From Microthyrium microscopicum (taxonomy: Eukaryota), in NCBI GenBank assembly GCA_010405405.1, contig MU004230.1, positions 4,234,282-4,298,281 of the forward strand: a stretch of DNA of 64,000 nt, in the 5' to 3' direction. The notes under the pieces were generated by a model. That model was not told where the DNA came from. It saw only the letters and a program-made list of their open reading frames with translations, and did not search any database. Both the position numbers and the translations under genes were made by a program. Position 1 is the first letter of the stretch. Every line of letters starts with the position of its first letter. Shown here piece by piece: positions 25,181 to 37,772 of this stretch.

Positions 25181-26806
25181 ATGTCGTCATTTATCTCTCT
25201 GGTCAACATGACGTTTACGAGCCGTCTCTCGCTGGTTCTCATCTTGTTCAGCTTGGTATCTCTATCGCTTCAAGATGGCCTCACGCAAGTCTTTTGCTCC
25301 AGCCAGAATACAGGAACAAGCAATCATGCAGGTATGTTATGCTTTGCACGCTTTTAGCTATCCGCTTGAAATCCAGCCGCCGCTAACATTTCCTGCTTCT
25401 TCAAGATCAAACCATATACGAGAGTCTTGGCAACTGTATGACCAAATGCAAAGATAAATTTGCCTACGGCGTAGTGCTAGGCGAGGATTGCTGGTGTTCC
25501 AATTATGCTCCAGCCGATCAGCAATCTGTCAGCCTCTGCTCCGACAAGTGCCTAGGATATCCTTTCGAAGATTGCGGTAACGCTGGCTCCAAGCTCTATG
25601 GCTATATTGCTTTGGGCATTACGCCTTCTGGCACCCAAGGCTCTCCCTCATCCGTAAGTTTTGCTACCTACTCCCCGACGTACACCAAGCCATCAGGTCA
25701 AAGATATTACATTTGTGCCCAACTTTCATGTCCAAGTTGGCAGTGAAAGGGCCCGGGTGTAAAATTATCAGCGACCAGAGTCGTGCTACCACTACCCGTC
25801 TATCCTTGACGATTTGTGTCCCCCATACCCTGATAGTATTTTCCCCTGTAGACATCTTTTTTTGAATTGGCAACAATGGAGGCACCTCCACCTTTACCTC
25901 CGCCTCCAGTGGTGGTGGCAGCGCCAAATACTCCTACAAAGTCTTCAGACTCTCCGAAGATGGGTTTAACTTTGCCTGGACAGACGTCCAATAGTCCAGC
26001 TGTGTCGAGTACGAAAGTACCTAAGACCACGTCTGAAGTTATAGACGTAACAGTGACGCGAGAAGAGGATCCGGTATCCCACCCAAGACAGTCTACACAT
26101 ACTCTGCCCATACCCCTTTCTATCATCCACTTTATCTTATTGAGAATGATGCTAACCATTCCGTCCTCTAGCCTCAAACTACGCCCACACTCGCCTCGTC
26201 CATAACAACACCCGTTACTACACAACAAACTAAAACGATTAGCGGTAGCACCGTTCTCTGGACGGTCACTCTCACACCTACCTCATCACCAAGTGCTTCA
26301 TCCTCCCCCGGAGTACAGCCCGCTAAGAAAATGTCTTCTGGAACTGTTGTTGCCATCGCCGTAGCAGTCGTAGTCGTCTGCATCGTCCTCTTTGCCGCAC
26401 TTATCATCGGGTTCTGTTGCTGGCGACGAAAACGAACCCCATCTCCGCGCGACCTCGATAGTGATGGTATCCCGCAGCGAAATCCAAGTATTCTCAGTAG
26501 AGCAGGTCTTTTGGGAGCTGCAGGGGGATATGGCTCGTCGTCGTCTGGTGGTGGTCAATTAGGAAACACTGGGAGTCAAATGGAACGAAGGAATAGCACT
26601 CCTCTCATTATTGACCAACGGCTCAATCCAACCGCATTTATGCAGCACGATGACACGAGTAGGACTAGCTTTGTCAGCGTCCAAGATAATCGCGACTATA
26701 CTCGGACATTGAATGTAAGTCTTGTTGGAGCCAACCATGTCAACTTGTACTGACTGATTAGGTTCGCAATCCTGATCCAATCGAACGCCGGCCTGTGCCG
26801 GACTAA
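25181..26806 (+). CDS. WSC-domain cell wall integrity sensor (Wsc1/WscA family)
   Basis: Signal peptide, Cys-rich WSC domain (..CWCSNYAP..CLGYPFEDCG..), S/T stalk, TM, and tail DNRDYTRTLNVRNPD. Introns 25332-25405, 25654-25851, 26074-26171 and 26715-26761. Confidence 0.9.
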
Positions 26807-27717
26807 TGGGAATCAATAAAATCTGCTTCTTTGTGCATACAACTTACTTGCATTGGGTTTATCGGCATAGATTTTATATTGCATGGCGTTGAGGACGGCT
26901 TATGATATCCACTGTCCGGATGACAGGCACTCTTTTTTCTTGTATCGTTGTACGGGTTCATTACACAACAATAGACGGTGGGAGAAACAACGACATACAA
27001 ACGAATGAAAGGCTTTTCACATAGACGAGCCCAACGAGATTATAAACCCTCCCAACATGGCGTGGAATAAAATCATTCGAATCCCACGAAGACGGGGCCA
27101 ACGAATGATGAACGCTTATTAGAGCGATGCGATTTCCATGACTTACATGTTGATTGTATATAAACAATGTACCTTTCCTCTTGTATTCTTTTCATGCATG
27201 TAGCCATGCGCACTCTACTCTATTTGGGGTGGTAGAGGAAGAAAAAGATGTATTGAGTTGCTTGGAACTAGCTTGAATTGATACCTGGACATTGTGGTAG
27301 CACTGAAATCAAAAATTGACAATTTGAATCCATTATCCTAAATCTTAAAGAATTCCTAAATATAGACAAAGTGCTTAGGACATACTTTTCTTGTAAACAT
27401 TGATATTCCATGAAGTCTTGGCATTTTGACCTATTGCATCCTCAACTTGAAGTCAACGTCACTCCATTCCATTGCAGGTTCTCTACTACTCGCACCAACA
27501 TTACCTCCCGCCTTTTGCGCTCAAACGACACAATATCTTTGGATATTACGACGCAATTGTATTCAAAGGCTACTCAGCTACCCGTCGAACCCTATCTGCC
27601 ACCTGTCCTATCAACACCATCGATTCCTCAACCACCTTGGGTACAACGCTGCCATTCCATAGAGAACACCGCACAATAAAAAGGTCACCAGTGCATGGTA
27701 ATTGATAACCCAAAAAG

Positions 27718-29223
27718 ATGAGCGGCAAAAATTGGGAGGTGGATCCGGAGACCAAGCAAAAGGTAAAGCTTTCATACCCAACCTACGACCGTACACAACC
27801 CAGACTAACAAACCGCTTCACACAGCTCCAAGGACTCCAAAAACTCCCCGGCAACACCACCTGCGTCGACTGCTCCTCTCCCGGCCCACAATGGGTATGC
27901 GCCCCTCCCCCCATCGCCATTATCCCCTACTGACAATATTCCCCCTAGGCGTCCCCAAAATTCGGCATATTCATGTGTCTCTCCTGCTCCGGCATCCACC
28001 GCGGTCTCGGCGTGCACGTCTCCTTCGTCCGCTCCATCACCATGGACGCCTTCAAACCCGCCGAACTAGCACGCATGACGGCCGGCGGAAACAACGCCTG
28101 GAAAACCTTCTGGGAGAACCACGACGCTGTCAAACTCGAAGATTTGAACTGGGACGATTGTACGATCCGTGAACGCTATGAGGGCGATGTGGGCGAGGAG
28201 TATAAGGCAAGGTTGACGGCGAAGGTTGAGGGGAGGGAGTATGTGGCTGGCGAAGAGAAGGTTAATTTGCCGCCGAAGAAGGTTGTGGAGCCGCAGAGTT
28301 TGGGTGGAAGTAGGAGTGGTACGCCGCTGGGGAGGAGAGGTGGGGCTGGTGGATTGGGAGGTGGGGTGGGTAGTGCGGGTGGACGGACGCCGAGGAGTGC
28401 GAGTCCGGCGTTGGGGACGGTTAGTATGGGGAAGAAGGCGCAGAATGAAGCGTTCTTTGCGAGGATGGGGAGTGAGAATGCGGGTAGACCTGATGATTTG
28501 CCGCCGAGTCAGGGGGGGAAGTTTACGGGTTTTGGTAGTGATCCGTTTCCTACGGCGCAACGATCAGAGGGTGGTGGTATTCCGGGCGCGGATGAGTTCC
28601 AGAAGGATCCTTTAGGGGCTTTGACGAAGGGATTTGGCTGGTTTGGGGGAATGGTGCAAAAGGGTGTTGGTGAGGGTATGCAGCGGGTAAGTTATCATGT
28701 TTCCTGACCAGTACTGGGTGGGCTAATGCTGGTGTGCTAGATTGCGGCGGCAGATTTGCAAAGTCATGCTAAGGCGCTGGGAACGACAGTCACATCAACG
28801 GTTAGCTCAACGCTGCAAACTGGCGGCAAAGTGGCAACGGATACGTTGTCGCGCTTCGTCGAGGGCGACGCAGTGCATCATTCACAGCGAACTCCTAATG
28901 CAGGTGGACCAGAACCTGAGCATCAAGATTTCTGGGATGACTTTGCGGCTACGGGCGAACAGCGGATGGCAGAAAAGAAGGGGCCGGCGGCGGACAAGCT
29001 TGACTTCTGGGATGATTTTGCTGCCGCTGGTGAAGCTCGAATGGCGGCGAAGAAGAGTGTAGAGCCAGAACGGAAAGACTTTTGGGACGAATTTTCGAAT
29101 TCTGGCGGAGCGGCAAAGGAGGCGAAGCAAGTGCCGGCCAAAACGAAGCCGAGTAGTATAGGGACGGCAGCTATGAGTAAACGACGGCCGGCTGGTAAAG
29201 ACGATGAGTGGAATGAGTGGTAG
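27718..29223 (+). CDS. GCS1: ADP-ribosylation factor GTPase-activating protein (Gcs1/ArfGAP1)
   Basis: Introns 27763-27825, 27895-27948 and 28687-28740; ArfGAP zinc finger CVDC..[49 protein letters not shown]; Trp-acidic C-terminus. Confidence 0.93.
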
Positions 29224-29301
29224 ACAGTAGAATTGCAATGTTATGATTATATGATTGATCTTGAATTTGCTATTGGTATATAAAACAATTGCTGCAATAT
29301 C

Positions 29302-31066
29302 TCAAGATGTAAAATACACGACTAAAAAGCCCAACCAGCTGCCTACTACCCCTATCGCACAATACGTGCTGGTAAACATCAGGGGTATAAACTCAAACTT
29401 GTCTCGAAACACCAGCTGATGGACGACGCTGGTATAAATCAACAGTGGAATCGCTATGGTGGTATACAAGACCGAGAACCGATCCAGTAGAAATACGCGC
29501 GGTCGATTCGATCTGTGACGGTTAGTTTGCACAACCTCCACCAAATTCGAGAGTACTTACGCAGGCGCTATCTGATCAAATCCATATAACACCGCAATGA
29601 GCCAGAATAGCGTATACACAATCTTTCCTAACCACTCTTGCGGCGTAAACAGCAGTGGAAACAAGCTCACATGGCCGGCCACCGCTAACGGTAGATATGC
29701 AGCAAAATGCCGCCGATCGCGCAGGCAAATGAGCGTGAATGGTATGAGGACTAGCAAAATTGCCTTTTCATGCACATGCCAGCCGAATAGAAAAGATGAG
29801 TAAGCGGTCAGCGTCACAGCAGGTAGGAAGTTAGCGTCGGATGGATACAAGAAAAGATATGCCAACGGCGGGAGCTGTGTGGCAATGCTGAGCAGGAAGG
29901 TCATGCGCGGAGTGATTTCTGGAAGGACAGCAAAGGCAGTGTCGCCGACAAGTCCACGAGTTACACTGTGGACGGCAGAGGCGTCGACAGGCAGCTTTAG
30001 GTATGGCGCGGCTGGTTCAATGTTAGTTTGGGCGTATTGGAGAATACACGAAGATGCATACCGTAGAGGAGAACGCGGTCGGCGAAGGAGTACATTGCCC
30101 AGACATTTGGTGCCCAGTATGCATGACAGAGACCACGAGAGAATGGGAAGAGGCGACTTAGAACCTGTGGCATTTGGCCCCAGAGGGCGAAAGGACCAAA
30201 GGCGGCGGCGAAGATGGCGACTATGCCACTGCCGAGTTTGATGCAATTGCCCCATCGAATGCTGAAGAGAGATCGGGGTTTGAGACAGTAGGCGCGAAGA
30301 AGAAAGATGAAGTATGCTGGAGCGAGGTAGAGATAGATGTGTTTGAAGCAAAGTAGTGCGGCAAAGATGAGACCGGACGCAAGCAGTGATTGAGTTCGTT
30401 GAGCGTAGGCGAAGGATAGTATGAGGATGCCATACATGAAGCCATTGTACTGAAAGTGGATGTGGTCAATTATAAAGAGACCTGGAGAAAGAAAGATTGC
30501 TATAGCTGCGGCATGAGCGGTTGATTTGACTGGGGAAGTCTGAATGAACCTTTTTGTCGATTAGCTTGTTTGTTCCTTGCTAACCAAGACAGATCCATAC
30601 TTGTTTAGGGCGAACAGTAGAAATAACTCGCTCAACAGGACAGTTGTTCGTTGGAAGTAGATGGTTTGCCAGCTTGAATAGTTGAGGTTTTGGACCTGTA
30701 CCATCAAAGGATCTGCTACATTGGCAAACTGAGAGAGGATCCATTCAGAGTAGGCAAAAAATGGCGGATAATCCAAAGTCCATTCTGAAGTTTTCTGACC
30801 GGGAGTCAATTGATGATTTTGATATTGGGACAAATAGGGGTATTTTGTACCTCATAGTACCATTCCTTGACCGGTAACGAGTTGGTTATGGCAAGCCAGT
30901 TACGATGAACCTCAAAATCAGTCGATTTACTGCAAAGCGATTAGTTTGAAAGCCTCTCTATGTTTGCGATCAGGACATACTAAGCTGGGAATAGAAGGAC
31001 CTTGAGAGCGGTCGCAACCACGGCCACCTGCAGTATCGACGGATATGGCCCTGATTCTGTTGCCAT
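29302..31066 (-). CDS. ALG8: Dolichyl-PP-Glc1Man9GlcNAc2 alpha-1,3-glucosyltransferase
   Basis: Multi-exon; [76 protein letters not shown]. Confidence 0.95.
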
Positions 31067-31507
31067 TCTCAATTGCCTACACCAAGTAGCCGTCAAAAGA
31101 TGAGAAATTCATGAAATCATATGAATATCAAAAAGTTGAAGTTAGATCAGACTACAAGAGTTAGAGGGCGTACCTGAGTGCCAAGACCTTGAAATGAGGC
31201 CGCCCATCCTCTCTTTCGCCGCGGATCAACCTCACTCCAAACGTCCCTCCATCACTCTCTCCACATTCCTCACTTCACTCACTTCACGTCTCGTCTACCC
31301 CATCCATAGAGGCGCCACCATCCCGCTTCTTCTTTGGGTCATGGCATCTTCTCCTCCTTCTCAACTTCATTCGCGGTGAACTTTCGCACCCATCTAGAAC
31401 CTCATAAACCCCAAATCCATCACCAAGAACCGCAACCTGCGACGCACACCCTCTATAGCTTCATTAACAGCTTGACTCATCTCCGAACATCCCTAACACC
31501 GCCCAAA

Positions 31508-32764
31508 ATGGAACAAACCCTCGTCCGCGCCGTATCCCGCGCCTTCTGCGGTCCCGAACCCACAATAGTCCTCGACGCCATAATAAACCACACCGCCCTC
31601 AACCTCGAACAACTGCGCACAATCTTCACCTCCACCGGGCGTGTACCGCGCGACCTCCAAAAATCCGTCGGCACCCTCCGCGACGCCGGTCTCGTCTCCA
31701 TGATCTCACGCCAAGAAACGAAAGCGAATGCGCAAAAAGCTACAACTATAGAGTACTTTTACGTAGACTACCGCCTCGCCATCGATGCCACAAAGTACCG
31801 TCTCCATTTTCTGGAAAGCGCACTACATGCTAAAGGAAGACCGACGACTGCGAGGACGGACTTTCATTGTCCGAGATGTAAGAGTGCGTATACGCAGTTG
31901 GAGGTTATGGATGATATTGATCCGCAGGGCCGCGGAAGTGGGTTTGTGTGTAAAAAGTGTGGGACTGTGCTGGTGTATACGCCGCAGGTGGATAAAGTTG
32001 CTGATGCGTTGAATGATGCGAGTAGTCCGATTGGCGTGTTTAATACGCAGTTTGGCTGGCTGGTGGAGATGTTGAAGAAGATTGATGCTATGCCGGTGCC
32101 GGTGACGAATGGGGAGATGGCATTGGAGGGCATGGTGCCGCCGCCGAAGGATGAGAGTGCGCTGCCGGGCCTTCTTGATGTTAATAGTGGACAGTCGACT
32201 GTTAAACCAAGTGCTGTGCTAGGTCAACAGGCCAAGGCGGAGAAGGTCGAGGTACATCTCACCACAGATCGTGAGACTTCTGCGGCGGAAGTCGCTGCTG
32301 AAGCTGCGCGTAAAGCCAAGATAGCTGCACAGAACGCGTTGCCGGAATGGCATACGAATAGCACAGTAGTCAACGGCTCGTCGACGCCCAAGAACGAAGT
32401 CAAGGGCGCGGAGACTCCCACTGAGAAGAAAGAGGCCGAAGGCAAGACGCCAGAAGGCGGCGCAGTAGAGGACGACTTGGCCGACTTCTTTACACAGATG
32501 CAAGCGCAGAAAGACGCAAAGCAGGCTCAAGCGGACGAAGAAGACGATGAAGAGGACGATGATGAAGATGATTTTGAGGATGTGGATGTGATTGCTCCAC
32601 CAGAGGCGAAACGTCCTCGAACAGACGATGGGAGTGCAAAAGCGAGTGATTCAAACGCAAATACGCCAGCCGGAATGAGTACGCCGGCCATGGCGAATGG
32701 GAGTGGCACGCCAGTGGTCGCGGAAGAGAGTGACGAAGATGAAGAATTTGAGACTGTGGTGTAA
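31508..32764 (+). CDS. TFA1: Transcription initiation factor IIE alpha subunit
   Basis: ATG 31508; winged-helix YFYVDYRLAIDATKYRL; zinc ribbon CPRC..CKKC; QNALPEWHTNSTV; acidic C-terminus. Confidence 0.9.
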   Translation: MEQTLVRAVSRAFCGPEPTIVLDAIINHTALNLEQLRTIFTSTGRVPRDLQKSVGTLRDAGLVSMISRQETKANAQKATTIEYFYVDYRLAIDATKYRLHFLESALHAKGRPTTARTDFHCPRCKSAYTQLEVMDDIDPQGRGSGFVCKKCGTVLVYTPQVDKVADALNDASSPIGVFNTQFGWLVEMLKKIDAMPVPVTNGEMALEGMVPPPKDESALPGLLDVNSGQSTVKPSAVLGQQAKAEKVEVHLTTDRETSAAEVAAEAARKAKIAAQNALPEWHTNSTVVNGSSTPKNEVKGAETPTEKKEAEGKTPEGGAVEDDLADFFTQMQAQKDAKQAQADEEDDEEDDDEDDFEDVDVIAPPEAKRPRTDDGSAKASDSNANTPAGMSTPAMANGSGTPVVAEESDEDEEFETVV

Positions 32765-33405
32765 GATTATTATTACTATTAAAGGATTGGGCACTGGGGC
32801 TTTGGTCGCATTGGATCAAACAGATATCACGAAGCTAGATGGCAAAATGTCAAGAACTTATTATGCACACGGTATTCATTGCTTGTTTCCATAACCACAT
32901 TGATAACATACAGTTCCCCATCGCCAACACAGCCCGCCAGACAGGTAATGCAAGGATTGATGAACAGAAAGCTAAGCAACAAGAACGCTCATAACAGGCA
33001 AAACATAAAATCAATTTGAGCTGGTTGCATAATAACAACACAGGGAACAAGAGAACCCCTAGAAAACAAAACAGATGCACAGTAACCAATATCAGCTTTT
33101 TGAAGACGCATTACCGGTAGTCAATAATGTCCTTAGAGAAGACTGCGAAACCTTCACCGCAAAGAGATAAAGCATATTCTTTGCACCTAGCCAATATCGT
33201 AACACTCCCAGTCCCTTGTTTTTTCATAGCAATAACAAAGAGTCATGTAACTTAGTGGGTAGAAAAAGAGGAATCCTTCCAGCCGCTGGCGTAGAATATC
33301 GTACCATCGTATACACGGTCGAGGAGTTGACAAAGGCTCCTGTCGGAGATTACAATCCTTCCCAGACACAACTGTGCGTCAGCAATTCAGTAGGTGTCAA
33401 AACGA

Positions 33406-35056
33406 TTACTGCGCATGCAGAGGCTCGGCAGAAGCACCATTGGATGCAACATTTGGGAAGTCTGACTCGGAAACCTTGGGCTCCGAGGTCTTTGGCTCAG
33501 TCTTTGGGGCAGTTGGGAAGTCGTTTGGCTGCATGCTGGATCCGTTGACACGGCCACGGGCTTGACCAATCATCTCCTGAGCCTTCTGGGAGTATTCACC
33601 AGCGTAGCTCTTGACAGTCTCGGTGGCCTGCGACGTGTGTTGGGAAGCAAGATCACGAAGCTGGGAAGTCTGCTCGGTGATCAAGTTGGAGGCATGGTTG
33701 AGATGTCCGTCAATTAGTTCCTTGTTGCTGACGTAGACGAGAGGAGCGAGGAAAGTGACAATGGTGGAGAGGAGAGTAAGTCCCCAGAGAGGGAGCCACT
33801 TGATCAACCAGTAAGAAGCAAAGCTGGACAAGAATGCCTGATGGATATTAGTATAAAAACTTAATGATAAGCGGGTTACTTACGGCAGCGGTTGCCCAAA
33901 CGTTCTCAACGAAAATTATGCGCTGGAACTCAATGACGACAAAGTTGATCATCTGCTCAACATCATCCAAGAACCGCTCGAGACTCTCCTTGCGAATTGT
34001 GTAGTACTTTTTCGGACGCATTTGAGTAGCGAAGCCATTACCAAGTAGCTGTTTGCTGACAACCTCCACGGCGGCAGCACCTCCTAGCACAGTATACAAG
34101 GCTCGGAACGTATATCGCATAATGTCAACATATCGAGAGACGAAGATGAGGGAGACAATGGTAGCAAAGGTGATACCGGTTGCACGAGGATTCTTCCACT
34201 GAGACAAAGTTAGTCAGGGTATTAGATCATGGGATTAACAACACATACGCTCAAGAGGCGGTAGATTAGGGAGTGGTAGTCTATGAAGGATTAGCAAGAT
34301 CTTTGAATGTGTCATTAGGCAGCTGCATACGGGTCAAAGGTTGCCCGGTGGCAGCTGGCTGGGATGGAGTTTTCCGTGAATCGGCCAGATCTTGGAATTC
34401 TGCAGAAGTCTTTGCCTTTTCGCTAGAAACAGCTTGGCCAACAGGTCCTATTATGTGTGAGTTCATGGGTTCAATTATGGTTGCGTGATTGATCTGCAGG
34501 ATTTTGTTAGTATGAGGAAACTGGAATAGGCACGTAGATTGAATGATGAGAAGATGATGACAGAGCACAGATTGGATGTTTCCAGATCTGGACAAAGTCA
34601 TCAAAGATCTGATTGTGCTTTGACAAAACAGTAGATAGGACAACGGGAGATTGGGAGTTTTGGTGTACGTACCTCACCATTGACGACAGCGTCAGTGGCC
34701 TGTTGAGTAACAGGATGATTTGCGACGGTATCCATTGCAGATGAAGCAGCTATTGTAGGGACGAATGTTAGATGAAAAGTTGTAGGAGAATCGGGGGAGA
34801 TAAGGTTGAGGAGGAGTGGTAGACTGCGCACGGTCATTAGCGGAGGACTTTTTTTGGAGGAAGCGAGCCAACGGGGGCTTGCAGCAGATGGGATTAAGCT
34901 TACCTTACTGCTCACGATGGTGTCTTTTGCAGATTGCAGATTAGCAGATACGTTTGATGGAACCTGTGGAGCTTGTGGAGAGGAATGTTCTTGATGAGAA
35001 TCGACTACATGCTCGATGTGGGCAGGATCTTGGAGGGCGGCGTTATCGAAAGACAT
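33406..35056 (-). CDS. RTN1: Reticulon-like protein (Rtn1/RtnA/Cwl1)
   Basis: Exons 35056-34909, 34749-34678, 34447-34331, 34280-34249, 34198-33883 and 33838-33406 give ..GQPLTHYHSLIYRLLSWKNPRAT.. and a reticulon homology domain with two long hydrophobic hairpins. Confidence 0.92.
34448..34677 (-). other. [D5,6] stwintron 2 (nested spliceosomal intron)
   Basis: GTGAG|GTACGT..ACTAAC..CAG|A..ACTCAC..TAG. Removing the internal intron 34672-34494 (179 nt) creates donor GTGAGA of a 51-nt external intron. Confidence 0.75.
34750..34908 (-). other. [D5,6] stwintron 1 (nested spliceosomal intron)
   Basis: GTAAG|GTAAGC..GCTAAT..CAG|T..TCTAAC..TAG. Removing the internal intron 34903-34824 (80 nt) creates donor GTAAGT of a 79-nt external intron. 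Confidence 0.88.
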
Positions 35057-36110
35057 TTTGGAAGATGGTTCAGGAGATGCAGAGGATGCAGAAGATGCAG
35101 AGTGATGCAATGGGCTTTTAAGGCGACGTTCGATTTGGGTGAGGGGAATTGGGTGGATCTTGAAGTGTGCTATGTTTTTCTTGATTCCTGTCGATTGATA
35201 GCAGATTGCAGATTGCAGCTTGATGCAGCTTGATGATGCAGATGGATGTTTGTTTGCAGGAGTTTAAGGCGGGAGGGTGTTTGCTTAGGGGAAAGAAGAG
35301 TTTGCAAAGGTTAAGTAGTTGGGAGAGAGATCTTGAGGGAGTAATGGGGATACTTGTTCTCTTTAGAGGGAAGGAGCAGGTTAAGGTGGAACAAAAAGTC
35401 AAGAAAGAGCAAGAGCAACCAAGTCAACAACAAGATGACGCTATGCCAGCCAGCACGACCAAGCAGAGCCCATACGACCAGTTTCCAGAAGGAGCGAGCG
35501 GCCCAGAGCTCACACCAAAACCCAGCAATGACGGGGGCAGTGACGTCCGTGAACTCCTCTGTTCTTGCCTATCCCAGCAACTTTTGAAAGCTGCTCTTTC
35601 TATAATTAATGTACCCATAGCAACTGCAATACAGCGGTAAATATTTACTATTTCGCTTGTGAATTAGCGGAGCATTTGACTCTACAACATATTTGTAAGG
35701 AAGTTATAGTATCGAATTCCTGATGACAGGCTTTCAGTGTCTGGAGCATTCAATTGTTTTCTTGCGAGCTTGATATCCGTAAATAATCACGCTAGTTTCG
35801 CCTGCATGCTAAGTTCCAACTTTTCCCATGTGAAATTTAGCCTTTCAGCCACCAAAAACACAATTTCTCTCTCTCTCTCTTCAACAGAGAACACGTTTCA
35901 TATCTTAGTTTCACTTCACCAAATCTTGCTTTTGAACAACAAGAGAGAACAGGCACCAGCAAAATAGAAAAGTGACAATTCGTTGCATATTTCTAATTCG
36001 TCACACAATGCCAACCGCTAAAGCACTTCTAGCCAAAACATCACAACACCCACAGTACATGCTACTCGCTCATGCTTTTAACGCTTCATCCAAAACTGCA
36101 GTCTCGTAGC

Positions 36111-37772
36111 TTAGTATTCCAAGTCATCAGGCTCAACATCCAAGCTGTCCGCTGCAACCTCTTCGTAGTCCTTCTCCAATGCCGCAAGATCCTCGCGAGC
36201 TTCAGAGAACTCTCCCTCTTCCATGCCTTCTCCAACGTACCAGTGGACAAAGGCACGCTTTGAGTACATGAGGTCGAACTTGTGGTCTAGACGGCTCCAG
36301 GCTTCGGCGATGGCGGTGGTGTTGCTCAGCATGCTGACGCAACGGTCTACTGGGGCAAGTTCGCCATCTGGTACGTGAACGGGCTTTTGGTAGCTAAGGG
36401 GCTGAATTAGTATCTGCGTCGGCAATGAAGAGATGCAAACTCACTTGATTCCTAGCTTGAAACCAGTTGGGCACCATTCCACAAGATTGAAGGAAGCCTT
36501 TGCCTTGAGTGCTCCAACTGCAGCAGTGCATTCTTGAGGAACTACATCACCACGGTATAGAAGAGCCACTGCCATGTATTTGCCGTTGCGAGGATCACAC
36601 ACCACCATCTGGTTGTTGGGCTCAAAGCACTGGAAGGTCAAGTCATGAACCTTGAAACTCTCATGGGAGCTCTTCTTGTTGGAGATGACCGGTGCGTAGC
36701 TAATCAGTGGGTAGTGGATACGGGGGTATGGGACCAAGTTGGTCTGGAACTCGTTCAAGTCGACATTGAGAGCACCGTCAAAGCGTAGACTGGACGTGAT
36801 AGAGCTGACGACCTGGGCAATCAAGCGGTTAAGGTGCTCAAAGTCTGGACGAGGAATGTCCAAGTTGCGGCGGCAGATATCGTAGACAGCTTCGTTGTCA
36901 ACTAGGAAGGTACAGTCGGAGTTCTCAATGGTGCTGTGGGTTGATAGGACGGCATTGTAAGGCTCGACGACCGATGTAGACACGCGTGGTGATGGGTAAA
37001 CAGCGAATTCGAGCTTGCACTTTTTGCCGTAGTCAGTAGCGAGACGCTCGAGGAGAAGGGCTCCAAAGCCGGATCCAGTGCCACCACCAAAGGAATGGAA
37101 GATCAAGAAGCCTTGAAGAGAACTACAATTGTCTTGGAGGTAATCAGTAGTGTTTCGGAGCTTCAAAAAAGTCATTCTTACCTGCGACTCGTCGGATGCG
37201 ATCAATAACACTATCCACGAGCTCTTTACCAATAGTATAGTGACCACGAGCATCTGTATACTATTAGCCTTTGCTTCCTCCTATATTTCTTTAAAACCCA
37301 CAGTTGTTGGCAGCATCCTCCTTGCCGCTGATCAGGTATTCGGGATGGAAGAGTTGGCGGTATGGTCCAGTTCGAATCTCGTCAATCGGCTGTTCTCAAT
37401 CAGTATAACATATCTTTTCGATGGAAGTGTGTACCAACGGAAGGGTCAAGATCGACAAAGATCGAACGCGGAACATATTTGCCCTGTCCAGTCTCGGTGA
37501 AGAAGGTCTCGAATGAGCCACCTTCTACGACTTTGGTGTCTGGATCGGGACGACCGTCCATCTTCAAGCCATGCTCAAGGAGATATCTTTGTAAAGATTA
37601 GCTGAGCTCCCCCGCTGAGTATTGATTTGAGCATACAGTTCCCATGCCGAATTTCCAAGCTGTGTACCAGCTTGACCGATGTGTAAGTGGCAGATCTAAT
37701 ATAGAGGGGCTTATTAGTCTTGTGTTGATTGTGACGTTATTCACGGTATGGATAACGAACCTCGCCGCGCAT
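36111..37772 (-). CDS. tubB: Alpha-tubulin (tubB/alpha-2 type, MRGE start)
   Basis: [73 protein letters not shown]; six introns. Confidence 0.97.

Noticed and set aside
31340..31379. Short uORF upstream of TFA1
   Set aside because: TSS unknown in a compact divergent promoter; no evidence it is in the mRNA.
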